In this document: positions 36,819-48,930 of the stretch, piece by piece
Numbering within the stretch: position 1 is the first letter of the stretch
How the letters are laid out: each line of letters opens with the position of its first letter
Assembly: GCA_022605425.2 (NCBI GenBank)
Contig: CM061246.1
Location: forward strand, 372,001 to 436,000
Direction of reading: 5' to 3'
DNA from: Hamiltosporidium tvaerminnensis FI-OER-3-3
Lineage: Eukaryota; Fungi; Microsporidia
DNA length: 64,000 nucleotides
Position numbers and translations under genes: made by a program
Notes under the pieces: generated by a model
What the model was told of the DNA's origin: nothing
The model's database searches: none
Seen by the model: the letters and a program-made list of their open reading frames with translations, nothing else

Positions 36819-37553
36819 AGGTGGAGGGACGATAACCACATAAAAAACTTTCTGCTTGGCAATGAGTGGCTGGAAATGGTGTGAGGTCATTTTTTGGATT
36901 TTTGGTGGGAGTAAAACCACACCTCATCTTCGGTTGTTCCATGGGAGTTGTTATGAGGAACAGATGTCTAAGAAACGGAGAAACCTTTTCTACAAATTTA
37001 TTTGTAGTTTTTTATGTAACCAGATTGCAGATCGCATCTGAACATTTAGGTAATTTCCATGTAAAAGCATGGAAACATAGCCTTGCTCACTCGGGTTAGA
37101 AGACTTAGCGCGTGGGAGATATAAAAATAAACCCATTAAAAGCCGGGAGAGCTAAGTAGCAGGATACACCTGTTGGTATGACATTGCACTGTCTAGGTAG
37201 ACCCTATATAAGTCTCTGAAATATATCTTAGCTAGAAGTTTATTGGGTTCAGAAAGTGTAGAGTAAATGGGAATGCTGCATAGTCTTGGGGGAGCCCAGG
37301 GTAGGGCTTCGGCCTTCGATCACACTCCGTGCAACAGACATTAACGAACTCCGGGCAACTGCTTTGCGTATTATTTAGGTTCTACACACCTGGTAGATGA
37401 AAGGCTTTGAGACGTAGGTATCGCAGGGGTTACCGATAGACTTTTGGGGTAGCAGTTATCTATGTTAAACCTAGAACTGCGTTAATGTCATGAAAACAAA
37501 TATAACACCTGCCAATATTTTAAAAAAGATGTGATACTTTTAAATAAAGTTCA
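36819..37553 (+). mobile_element. ~730-bp non-coding structured retroposon, copy B
   Basis: Full-length match to copy A. 21-bp TSD TATAAT(TA/AG)TTCCTTATTATAT at 36798-36818 and 37554-37574. Confidence 0.92.
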
Positions 37554-38039
37554 TATAATAGTTCCTTATTATATTAAAAAAAATTATAATAATTGTTACT
37601 CGAAATAAAAATAAATCGATTCGAAATGTGCTTTTAACCTATCTATGTTCTACATTTTTTCATTTATTGGTAAGCAACTCTAAAATAATATCCGAACAAT
37701 ATGATTAAACTCTCAAATCTTAATCTTGTAGAATAAAAAATAGTTACTAGTGCTATTATTGCTATTTAATTACTACAGCTTAAAAAAGTTTCTTAAAAAT
37801 ATTAAATGAAATATTTTTTGACCCTATCAAAAGTTTCGAAGTGTTTCTTGTTCTACTTCTGCACATTATTATTGATTATGCAAGATTTATTGACAAATGG
37901 CAAGAGTCTTATCCTTTATCGTAACACTATTAGTAATGTCTTAGATTTTAGAACTAATTAAACATTTCGAGATATTAGTCATCATCACATTATTCGATTA
38001 TATAATTGAATATAATAGATGAGACAGTCGTCTTTTTAT

Positions 38040-38752
38040 TATGAGATATAATAACCAAATTAAAATGTATTTATTCTGCAATAATTAGACTAAGGTGATG
38101 TCAAGTCACAATTTGTATTTTTATTGGGTTTAAAGCCATATTACTTTTGCTTTATTTCTAAGGATTTGTAGGATCAGGAGATGATTTATAAAATCATGAA
38201 ACTTCTTACAAACACGTATTAGTTTTTTATTTAACTATATTTGGAATTAGGTCTGAACTCATGGGTAATTGCTGTATAAAATAATGGAAACCTAACCTTG
38301 CTCACTCGGATTAGAAAACTCGGCTGTTTGAAAATACATAAAAAAACCCTTTAAAAACACAGAAAAGCCAAGTATCAAGTTATATACATTGGTATTTTTT
38401 TGAAAGATTCCGGGTATGAAATAAAGTCGCCGAAATATATTTTAGCTGAAAATTAACTCGGTTTGAACACTACATAGCAAATGAGGATGTACTTGATCGT
38501 GTAGAACCTAAACGATGAATCTTGATCTGCAAACGCGCGCTAGGAAACTTACATTAACGAACTCGAGCAACGCAAGCACATTAAATGGGTTCTAGCCAAT
38601 TCTTTGATTGAAAGATTAGGCGTGTATGTATCATAAGCGATACTCATGGAATATTCGAGGGGGGAAAGATATCTATGTAAACTTAGACTGCTTTACTTCA
38701 TAAAAACAATATAACTTATACCACATTTTTTCAAGGATATGATTTTTAAATG
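38040..38752 (+). mobile_element. Old diverged copy (E) of the ~730-bp element
   Basis: Shares ATGGAAACCTAACCTTGCTCACTCGGATTAGAA, GAAATATAT.TTAGCT, ACATTAACGAACTC, TATCTATGT and CATAAAAACAATATAAC in the same order and spacing. Boundaries are approximate. Confidence 0.8.
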
Positions 38753-40462
38753 GAGATTCTATTTTATACAATTTATATTTGCCTTCTACTATTTATTTAC
38801 GTATATACGCAATTGGTTAAATTCAGATCATTGGAATTCAAAATATTTTCATCGTCTAAAATTGTTATTAATCAATTTTTTTTATAAAGAACAACATGGA
38901 ATTCTAAAAATGAAATTTGGTAGATATATTTACAAAATAACTATAAATATAAGAAATAAACTTATCTCCACTGAATTATGGGCTCAGATTTGACAGTTTA
39001 TCTGTATTTGATGCATTTAATTAGTATTTTCTATCATATTTGAATTTTTCTTGCTTTGTATCGATTAAAAAATATTTATATATTAAGAAATCTAATTAGT
39101 TTGAATTTTCTTTTTGTCTGCTATTTAGAAATAAAATTGTATTCGTGGTATTTATAGTTATTTATATTAGAATATTGGATTATGTATCATAAAAGTTAAA
39201 TTTAAAATCAGATGAAATTAAATCTATAATTTTATCTTACTCCAGGAAAAATTTTAAGTATTATTAAAAACTTTTCCAGATTTGAATAAGTAAGAATATA
39301 ATTAATCTACTTTTTTATGTTAAACATTCAAATTTGATTTTATTTAGAGTATTAAAGACTGAATTTGTATTTACAAGGTAATTTGACCTTTAAAAATCAT
39401 GTCGGTATTAATAAAACAACAAACAAGTATTCTTGTTCTTGGTGAAAATTCAAAAATAAATATCGATATTTGCTTTTTATCATATTATTTGTTTTATCAA
39501 CATATTATTTTATGTTAAATTTTCTTTTTAGTATTTGAATTGATACAGAAGATTTGGTATTTATATCTACAAACAAGAGGAAATTCATAATTAAAATTTA
39601 GAAATGGAATTGCATTTTCTTCTCTATGTAAATATTTACTTATATAAGTCTTTCACAATTTCCCATCACTGTAGTAGCATTCTAGTATGTCTTTTTTAAT
39701 TTTTGGCATTTTTTGCTACGAATTAAGTCTTTATATGCAAACCGAGCTATCAGACTATGTTTTTTGTGTTCTGTTTTAAATATTTGTCTCTTAGATTGAA
39801 AATTTCTCGAAAATTTATAATTTAGACTCTAATGAGATACCAGACTACTTAATTGGCATGAAATTATCTCTTCTGCCAATCTAAAAGTTTAATTTAAATA
39901 GCTCCAAATATTTTATTACACAAATTTTAGATTGAAAAATTCAAGACAAACAATATCTCATATTCTTCTGGAATTCATGAGAATAGAAGTATTTTCAATA
40001 TTTAAAGTTTAATTAAACTTATGAAAATTATTTACAAGAAAGATTCAATTGGCTTCGTTATTAAAAATCAATTTGTATTTTTTTATACCATAAAAAGATT
40101 TGAGCATTTATTCGAAGACAAAAAAATATACTTACTATAACTTATATAATACAGCTTTCAAATTGCAATTTCATTAAACGCAGAAAAAAATAGAAATATT
40201 TTAAATTTTTTACAAAGGATTCTATACTATGAGTTTATTATTCAAGTTATTAGAATGAGAAAAATATTTATTTCAAAAATTTATATTAAGCCGAAATCTA
40301 CAGTATGATTCTACCAGTTAAAATTCACTGTCTTGGAAAAAAATACATTTCAAAATTTATTTTATATAAGATTTCTACTGTATATTTGCAATATTGTAGG
40401 TTTCTTGCAATGTAAAAAAAATACTTTCAAAAATTTAATCTCTTAACTTTGAATCTAAAAAT

Positions 40463-43400
40463 TTATTTATTAATTTGTAATTCATCTAACAGTTTTTTTA
40501 TAACTGGGATTTTTTCCATCAGCAGACGATTCCCTAATAAAATGAGTTCGGTCTTAGCTCTTGTTAATGCAACGTTTAATCTTTGTCTAGAATTCATTAC
40601 CTCACAATCTACAATTGGATCGAACACAACTATAACAGATGGACTTTCACTTCCTTGAAATCTATCTACAGTTTCTACAATTACAGACTTGTCCACTAAC
40701 TTTCTTAGTTCATGTACTTTGGTATTAAAATAGCACAGAACAACACAGTTTTTTATACTTTTAAAATATTTTATTGAATCTAAATTGGTCGAATCAATAA
40801 ATTTCGAATACCCTGTATGTTTACCACCCATCGACATTTTATTAGAATAAAATAATGAATTTGATATTTTCATAATATTCTGACACATTCTATATTGAAC
40901 GGTCAATTCAGTCACATTTTTATTTTGAAAATTTTCATCAAACGAATTATTTTCCGAAGAAAATAATTTACTGCTATTGCTAAATTCCATTTGATTAAAA
41001 TCTATTTTGTTGCTATTCTTTACACACATATGGTTATTTACAATTGAATTATTCTTAAAATCATTTTTCTTGATATTCTTTAACGAAGAATTTCCATTAT
41101 CGAATTCGATTTTGTTCAATTCTTTTCTTTCAGAAGTATTTGTTTGAAAATCCGAATTATCAGAAGTTAAAAAATCAAAATTTTCTAAACTGCTGCAATC
41201 CGAATTCTCAGAACTAACATTTTTTGGTTTATTTTTAACTTCAATTCTAGATTTGATTTTTTGAATTATCCTTTCATATCCATTAGATATAAAATATTCA
41301 AACAAACTTATTCCAAGTTCTTTGGATTTATATATCAAAGGAGTCAGTTGTAAATGATCGCCTACTAAAATAAACCTTTTACTCATATAAATAGGTATAA
41401 GTGTTAGAAGTAAATGTTGCTGTGATGCTTCGTCTATAATACAATAATCAAATGTTCTTTCAACAAAAATAGGATCTGTAAATCCATAGCAAGTACTTGC
41501 GACCAAATTAATTTTATCAAAATATTCTTTTATTTCATTTACACTTTTAAAATTATTCAAAGATTCTTTTTTCGATCTATAAATACTGACGCTTTTCAAT
41601 TTTAAAATTACATTTTGAAGCGCAAGATTCGTATAACAAACCAGCAATACCTTCTTTTTATAATGACACAGAATTTCAATCAGCATTGCAATTATTGAAG
41701 ATTTTCCGGTTCCGGGCATTCCATGTATTAAATGGAAATTATCACAGTTCAACGCTAAATGAATTGCCATTTTTTGTTGGTGATTTAGATTATTGAATTC
41801 CTTTTTAAAACATTCCGGTATCATGAATTTTTCTTTTATTTCTTCATTAGCGTGCATATTTTCGATGATGGAATTATTAAAACATAAAATATCTTTTATT
41901 TCTGTCGCATATTTCAGCAGAGAAAATCTTAAAAATTTGTAGAAAAAATGGTTTTTTCCAAGTGAAACGTTTAATTGTTTATAGGAATCCAAATCTATAT
42001 TTTCTTTAACCCTAAGAACTAAATGTGTATCATTGATTTCAATTATGGTTCCATTACATAATTTTGTCTCAAATGAAGTACTTATTTCAACAAAATCTGA
42101 TTTATATATATTTAATTCATAATTTTCTTTAAATTTTAATACAACGACTTCATTTTTTTGTGAAATATATGTTGTTTCATAATATAGTTGTTTTTTCTGA
42201 TAAACTTCTTCTTGATTGATAGATTCCCACATCATTTGTAAAAATTGACTCCTCAGATCAGATTTATTGTAAAATTTTTCTACAATTTTACAATATTCTG
42301 TGTCGTTACATTTACAATCGGCCTTAAATATACCCTCAATTACAAAGGGTGAATTTGAAATCAACCGTTCATCGATATTTTTAGAATCATTTGCTGTCTC
42401 TTTCATTTCGATTTTATTTAAAAAAATATTATTTTCAAAATCCAGATAATTATTTTCCAATGAAATTTCTTTATGCAAATTAAAATCCATAATTTTGTCA
42501 TAATTTAATATTGCGACTTTATTTCGTATCATTATGATATTTTTTATTTCTTCGTGATTCGCTTCAATCCTCTTTAATTCGTTATCGCATAAATAGTATA
42601 AAAAACTGTGATTTTGAGTTTTATAATATTTCTCATTCATCATCAAATGGTAAAGAATTGCTTGAACTCTATGTGTTAAATCTTTATATTTTCCTGTCTT
42701 CAATTCAACAGGAATTATGTGATTATCGTTTTTAATAATACAATCTACATTTCCTTTGAGAAAAAAATTTAAGGAAACCAATTTTTTTTCGACTTCAATA
42801 ACTTTCAAATTTCTATTTCCCAGTTTTAATATAAGTTTTATGTTTTTAACAATTTCATTTAATATTTTTTTTTCATCGGAATTGCATAAATAAATATTTA
42901 AAACATTTTCTTTTATAGATTTTCTTGAATAATCCAAAATAAATTTCATTGTAAAATTATTTTTTGACATGCATTCCTCCATAGTACCATGTAGAATCAC
43001 ACCTATAACCATAGCTGGATGTGAATAATTAAATGAAATATCTGATACATTGTAGCTAAAAATTGGTGCATAAATGCATTTTATAGCCAAACAAAATTTT
43101 GTGACCGAAAGAATTTCATCTTCAACAATTAAATAGTAATTATTGTTATTTATGTAAACAATCTTTTGGACATCTTTTATTGAAATTTCCTTGTTTGAGA
43201 ATTCATTGGGTGTGCTAAAGGAGGTTTGAGAATTTATTTTCTTTTTAGAATATTTTATATTTTCGATGTTTTTACAGCAGTAGCACTCAAAAACAATAAT
43301 TTTCATGTTAATTTTGAAATCCAAATCAATCCAATCTCCAGAAATTACAAAAAGTATTTTTTCTCCAAAAAGTTTTACTGTTTCTTTGGTTCTAACAATT

Positions 43401-43930
43401 TTTTTAATTTGAATTTTAAAATATTCTTTTTTATCATCTGAAAACAGATCGCTGTTTATATCAAACAGATCATAATCAGTTTCTTCTTGCATTTGAATTT
43501 TATCGGTTATGTCGGTAGATTCAGATATATTTCTACCAGAAAATGATTGGTGTGTCGTATCAAAACAGTTTTTCATTTGTAATGTTGAAGAAACAGATTC
43601 AGAAATAGATCTACCAGAAAATGATTGATGTGTTGTATCCAAACCGTTTTCTAATTGTTGTGTTGACGAAGCAGATCTTGGAATATGAAGTATATGCTTC
43701 GAACAACTATTATTTTCTATTGAATGGGTCTTAGTATTATTGAGATCGAAAATATTTGTTAAAAACTTTACTTTTTTTGCTTCATTAAACCAAAAGTTCG
43801 TTCTCATTTCTGCTTTTTCATTTTTTTCTGGAATTTTTAGAATACTTGTAATCACTTTGTTTACAATTTTCTTTGTATTACTTTCGCTTGGTGGTGAACT
43901 TTCCCAAGAGATATTGTTAATTCTCTTCAT
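40463..43930 (-). CDS. DNA2: DNA replication ATP-dependent helicase/nuclease DNA2
   Basis: RecB-type nuclease motif (LKGNVDCI...VELKTGK...QAILY) plus SF1 helicase motifs GMPGTGKS, DEASQ, GDHLQL, LTVQYRM, TVDRFQGSE and RLNVALTRAK. Confidence 0.95.
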   Translation of the reverse strand: MKRINNISWESSPPSESNTKKIVNKVITSILKIPEKNEKAEMRTNFWFNEAKKVKFLTNIFDLNNTKTHSIENNSCSKHILHIPRSASSTQQLENGLDTTHQSFSGRSISESVSSTLQMKNCFDTTHQSFSGRNISESTDITDKIQMQEETDYDLFDINSDLFSDDKKEYFKIQIKKIVRTKETVKLFGEKILFVISGDWIDLDFKINMKIIVFECYCCKNIENIKYSKKKINSQTSFSTPNEFSNKEISIKDVQKIVYINNNNYYLIVEDEILSVTKFCLAIKCIYAPIFSYNVSDISFNYSHPAMVIGVILHGTMEECMSKNNFTMKFILDYSRKSIKENVLNIYLCNSDEKKILNEIVKNIKLILKLGNRNLKVIEVEKKLVSLNFFLKGNVDCIIKNDNHIIPVELKTGKYKDLTHRVQAILYHLMMNEKYYKTQNHSFLYYLCDNELKRIEANHEEIKNIIMIRNKVAILNYDKIMDFNLHKEISLENNYLDFENNIFLNKIEMKETANDSKNIDERLISNSPFVIEGIFKADCKCNDTEYCKIVEKFYNKSDLRSQFLQMMWESINQEEVYQKKQLYYETTYISQKNEVVVLKFKENYELNIYKSDFVEISTSFETKLCNGTIIEINDTHLVLRVKENIDLDSYKQLNVSLGKNHFFYKFLRFSLLKYATEIKDILCFNNSIIENMHANEEIKEKFMIPECFKKEFNNLNHQQKMAIHLALNCDNFHLIHGMPGTGKSSIIAMLIEILCHYKKKVLLVCYTNLALQNVILKLKSVSIYRSKKESLNNFKSVNEIKEYFDKINLVASTCYGFTDPIFVERTFDYCIIDEASQQHLLLTLIPIYMSKRFILVGDHLQLTPLIYKSKELGISLFEYFISNGYERIIQKIKSRIEVKNKPKNVSSENSDCSSLENFDFLTSDNSDFQTNTSERKELNKIEFDNGNSSLKNIKKNDFKNNSIVNNHMCVKNSNKIDFNQMEFSNSSKLFSSENNSFDENFQNKNVTELTVQYRMCQNIMKISNSLFYSNKMSMGGKHTGYSKFIDSTNLDSIKYFKSIKNCVVLCYFNTKVHELRKLVDKSVIVETVDRFQGSESPSVIVVFDPIVDCEVMNSRQRLNVALTRAKTELILLGNRLLMEKIPVIKKLLDELQINK

Positions 43931-44349
43931 AGAATAAAGGCCTATAAATTATTATTTTAAATGAAAATAATTTTTTATAAATTTGATCTGCAAACTCTTT
44001 AATTTTCTTAGTTGTTTTTAGGAAGAAAAATGAAAACATTCTTACGTTTTAAATGTTAATATTTTTATTTCGACTCCTATAAATATATCAGCAGTGTGAT
44101 TTATTAAAAAATATAGTATATGATAAATCTTTTTATATAAGCGTTACAGTCAATATATTCGAAATTTTGATTACGTAGATTTTCAAAATACATGCTTAGT
44201 TAGTATTTTTTGAAAAAAGAAATTATTTATTAGTTATTTTTTAACTTTAAAAAATAGCATAAGCATGAATTTCTTAGAAAAAAAATGTGTTTAAGAAAAA
44301 GAATTGATAGCAAAAAAAGATAAAATAAAGCGTGCAAACGAGCTGAATA

Positions 44350-47300
44350 AGTAAGTAAAAGTTATTAAATAATGCAACGCTGGAAGAAGCACTTACACGC
44401 AAATTCCATACCTTCCTCTTCCTATTCAACAACAACACATCCACCACCAGACCAAGCATGCAGTAAAATGCAAATAATGGGCTTGGCTCCTTACCTTCGC
44501 CTAATACACCACCCCCCTCTTCGATTGGAGTCTTTCATGCGATTTATTGTACGAAACGACAAACCCCTGCACTATAGCTATTCTTGAAGGTAAAAGGCTA
44601 ATGACATTGTAAATGACATTCTATTCCCTAACAGCAGACCTACAAGAATTGCTCCGAATTGTTATTTTTATAGTGCAGACAAGGTTTGAAAGAATGCCAA
44701 GAAATGGCTGGAAAGAGCTTCACAGAACTATAATGAGAAATTCAGCTGCGCAGTAACTTTTGAAGTGCATAAAAATTAGCACAAAGTGAGATAGGAAGGG
44801 TAGTAAAATCAGAAGAGAATGGAGAGCGACGTAGAATCGCCACTTGTCTCACTGATACATGCATCTTGACCGACACCACGGAGTACATAAACTTGAGAGA
44901 TAAATTTTTAAGTACAATCAAAGAAATCTCGGATAAGGAAATTGGAAAAGTGGTGGTCCGAACTCGAAAGCTTCCAAGTGAATTGGTTGACAGTAAAGTT
45001 TTGGACCTTATTAATCGAATTATCGGTGAGTATGCTGATTCTTGTGTGCCGATGACGATAACTGCAGTGGCACGGATAATCAAGGCAGCCCAGGTATGCT
45101 ATGACGAGGCAACACGCAAAGAAAAGCCTAGATTCGCTTGGAAGGAAAACATAGAAATTAAAATGTCTAAGTTAGTACTTTCCAAAGATCTCCTCGAGAA
45201 AGCTCGTAAGCAGGAAAAGCTCTCTAATTCGGAAACGAAGAGCCTTAATAAAATCATGCGAGAGTTTAATTTAAACTTGAGCAGCGTAACCGATCTTTCT
45301 GAGGCTTTAGTTAAGAAGAATGAGTCTTTGAATGTTTACGAGAAAAAAATTACGATGCATGAAAGTAGGAAGCAATTCCGAAAAGAGAATCGTATGTTTG
45401 AGCTCTTCCGAGGTCGATTTTATCGTGGGTTATCTGAGCGTGTGGAATCCGAGCATGTGGTTAGTCTGATGAAATTGTGAGTTTTTGGTCTACAATGTGG
45501 AACAAAAATGATGACGCAGTCACGTATGATGATTATTTGATTCCATTTGTATCAGATAATCATCCGACCACGTTTCATTCACTTGTTGAATTTGTAAATA
45601 TCATTAATTGGTTTCCCAATTGGAAAGCTGCTGGAATTGATGGTATTTACAATTTTTTCATTAAGAAACTTACAACTCTTCACAAATATATTTATGATAT
45701 TGTGAAAGTTATATGTTATGACGGAACACCTCAAGCTGATTGGTTTTACTGCGGGCTTACGTATTTGATACCGAAAGGAATTCCACGAAGAGGCTCTGAC
45801 TACAGGCCAATCACTTGTATGTCCAACCTCTATAAGTTAACGACAAAGTGTGTAACGAAAGTCGTTCAGATTGAAGTGGGAAGGCGAGGGTTTCTTGCAA
45901 AGAACAAATTAGGGGCGGTAAGAGGTGTGCAGGGAGCGAAAGAGCAGGCTCTACTGAATATTGCCTTAAATAAAGAGTATGGAAATAATCTTAAGGCAAC
46001 ATGGATTGATGTTAAAAAAGCTTATGATTCAATAGATCATGCTTATTTAACTCAATGCATTGAAAACCTTAATTTACCTGATTGGATCCTGAAATTTATT
46101 AAGGTAATTATATCAAAATGGAAAATTGATATATCAGTAGGGCCTGAAAAATCATGAGCAAGAAGATTGATAGAGGGATTCTACAAGGAGATAGTTTGTC
46201 ACCTTTGTTATTTGTGTTGTGTATGGATCCATTAAGCCGAAAGCTTAATGAAAAATACACAAAAGTGACAGTACAAACAGATGCAGAATCCCATTCTACC
46301 AATCTTCTCTTGTTTATTGATGATCTTAAGCTCCTTGCAAAAGACAGCTCCACATTGAGTGCTATGACAGGCGAGGCAAAGGCATTTTTAGAGGTGATTG
46401 GCTTAGAGATTAACAAAGAGAAGTCAGCCACAAATGATACGTGTTGTGAAGATACTGCTACTCTTCTAGAAGGTGTTAGTGTTTATAGATATTTAGGAAT
46501 AATAGAAGATAGCAGAGGAATTCCAACACGTAGCTCATTTGAAGAAGTACAGAGCAAACTGATAGCAAGAGTTGAAAGACTTTGTCACACTAGATTAAAT
46601 GCAAAAAATTTATTTTCTGCAATCAATCAACATGCGATATCGTTAATCAACTACCACATAGGAGTACTTCGACTTAAACCGGCTGACTTCTCTAAGTTAT
46701 ATGATACAGTGCGTGCGGTGTTGGTGAAGAATAAGATACATCTCCGCCCAGGATGTAAAGAGCGTTTATACCTTCCTAGAACAGAACTTGGAAGAGGCCT
46801 ACATAGTGTTGAGTTGCGAAGCGAACATATGCTTCTGCAACTCTTGGATTGTCTGGAAAAAAGTAAAGAAATATCAACTAGACGAGCAGCAATCCTCAAG
46901 GTCGAGAATAATAATAAAACCCATCTTGCACTAATAAAAGGCTTCTTAAAAGTAAAGTACAGGTTGGTAGAAGAAGTCACTAAGAAAAGTTTAGAAGAAG
47001 CTCAACTTGCAAAACTATATAACGAAATAAAAAAACGAAAACTCCATTCAAAGTTATATAATGCAAGGAAAAATGAGCTTGTGAGTGTTAGTGACTCTTC
47101 AAGATGGCTAAAGAGAGGAAATATTAGGCCACGAAATGAAGCTGTGTTCTGCTATATCCAGGATAGAAATGTATTCTGGGGAGCAGATGGTGTGTGTCAA
47201 CATTGCAGGAAGTCTGGTAAGACTGTGGATCATCTAGCAACTAGATGTGAAAAAATGCTAGGCCATGATTACACTAGACGGCAGAATAAAGTGGTACGAT

Positions 47301-48050
47301 GTATACATTTACTATTTCTGAATAAATATAAGTTTAAGTCTTCGAAACGAATAAGGAGTCACTCAGTTCAAGAAATTCTTGATAATGAGTATGCAGAGAT
47401 TAGAGTAGACACCTGAATAAAAACTGATGTTAAAATTCAGAATAACAGACCGGACATATTTATTTTAGATAAAAAGAAGAATAAGATAACACTCATTGAA
47501 GTAGGAATCACTTCCCAAGATTCACTTCAAATAGTTGAAACTGAAAAACTTAGGAAGTATGACCTGCTAGCCAATGAGTTGGGCCTTATTTATAAGTGTA
47601 GTGTTGAGATAATCCCTTATGTGATGACCTGGGACGGTATTGTGACAAAATACCATAAATCTCATCTTAAAAGACTAGAAATACCCATGAATGTAGAGGC
47701 ATACATTCAGTCTATAGTACTTAAAAAGACAGTCGAAACTATTTCCTTTGATCGACGAAGAGGACTTGAGTCAGGACTAAATGCCGAAGAGAGCTGGGAG
47801 AGAGCGTCAATGGGTGTTATTATGAGATCAGAGATGCATGAGGAACCAATACCCCCTTTAAAAGAAGCGAAAACAGAGGAAGATGGTGCCAAAAATTTTA
47901 AAGCAAAATATAAAGCACCCCATTTCACAAGAGGAACTGACAAATAACATAAATGAAGCGACGGATTTGGAACAAGAGACAGTAGTGGTTAAAGAGGTAG
48001 AAGAAAATATATAAAAACAGTAAAAATATGTTAAACCAGCATTTTATTAA
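44350..48050 (+). mobile_element. Near-full-length but disrupted non-LTR retrotransposon of the RLE type (R4/Dong-like)
   Basis: RT motifs WKAAGIDG, DYRPITC, WIDVKKAYDS, GILQGDSLSP, LFIDD and YLG. CCHC knuckle CQHC...HLATRC, and RLE endonuclease RPDIF...IEVGIT...EKLRKY. Frameshifts near 45478 and 46155 and a TGA at 47414-47416 (AGA in the older copy at ~24255). The 5' boundary is uncertain. Confidence 0.93.
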
Positions 48051-48930
48051 ATAAAATATGATTCAAAATGATGTAAAATATAAATAAAAAATAGAATGAG
48101 GGAAATAAAAAACCCTTCAATATTAAAGAGCAATTAATTCCTTTACACATCAATTCGAAAATTCTTTTCTAGTATCAGAATGGACTATTTTAATACGTCC
48201 TTCTTGTAAAATAACTCGCGAAGATATTCTGCTGCGTGTCTTTCTGGTTTTATTTGCATGCATACTGCAACAAAATCGTATGAGTGAATATCAAGAACAG
48301 GTAACACCGACTCACTTTCGTTTTTTGATTTTTGTATTTTTCTAGGTTTATGAAATAAATCTGATGTGCTGCCAAAGATTTTTTGCTGCTATAATTTCAA
48401 GTAACTAGCTCGTTTTAAAGATTGAAAATGTTGCAAGGTTCATATGCCGACACCATATTATCAATTTATTGTGCCAAAAACCCAAATATCTTTTTATGAT
48501 CAAACAAAAAATTGCTGTCACTCAACTTTAATTTTGAAAATGAAGCTTTTTAAATTATTTTTCGATGCACCTCAGAATAATTACTTTTGATTACCGGTAG
48601 CTCTCGATTTTTATATTCTAAATAAATATCTTCTTTAAGAAACTAAATTTCCGCGCTTATTTTATAAAAATTTTGATTGGAAACCTTGTATAATCACACA
48701 TATTTGGTACATTTTTACATGGTTTTCTATTTCTCTTATATTTACAATTTGAATTTTTTTCTTATTTTCTGTATATAACAACCAAATAAAAAAAAAGCTC
48801 TTTTGGCTCTCTAAATATGTCTTGTGCCGATTCTTTCGTTTAAAATTTTTTTTGAGTCTCTATAATTTTATCAATTGCTACGTGATCTATAGAGGCTTTT
48901 ACATTTTTTTTATAGTAAGTGAGGGATAAA

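Noticed and set aside
36856-37099. Short ORFs inside the 730-bp element
   Set aside because: The frames are not conserved between copies (indels), and the translations do not look like proteins.
36819-37553. 730-bp element as a solo LTR or MITE
   Set aside because: No consistent TG...CA ends or TIRs, and the 15-21 bp TSDs do not fit integrase (4-6 bp) or Tc1 (TA) chemistry.
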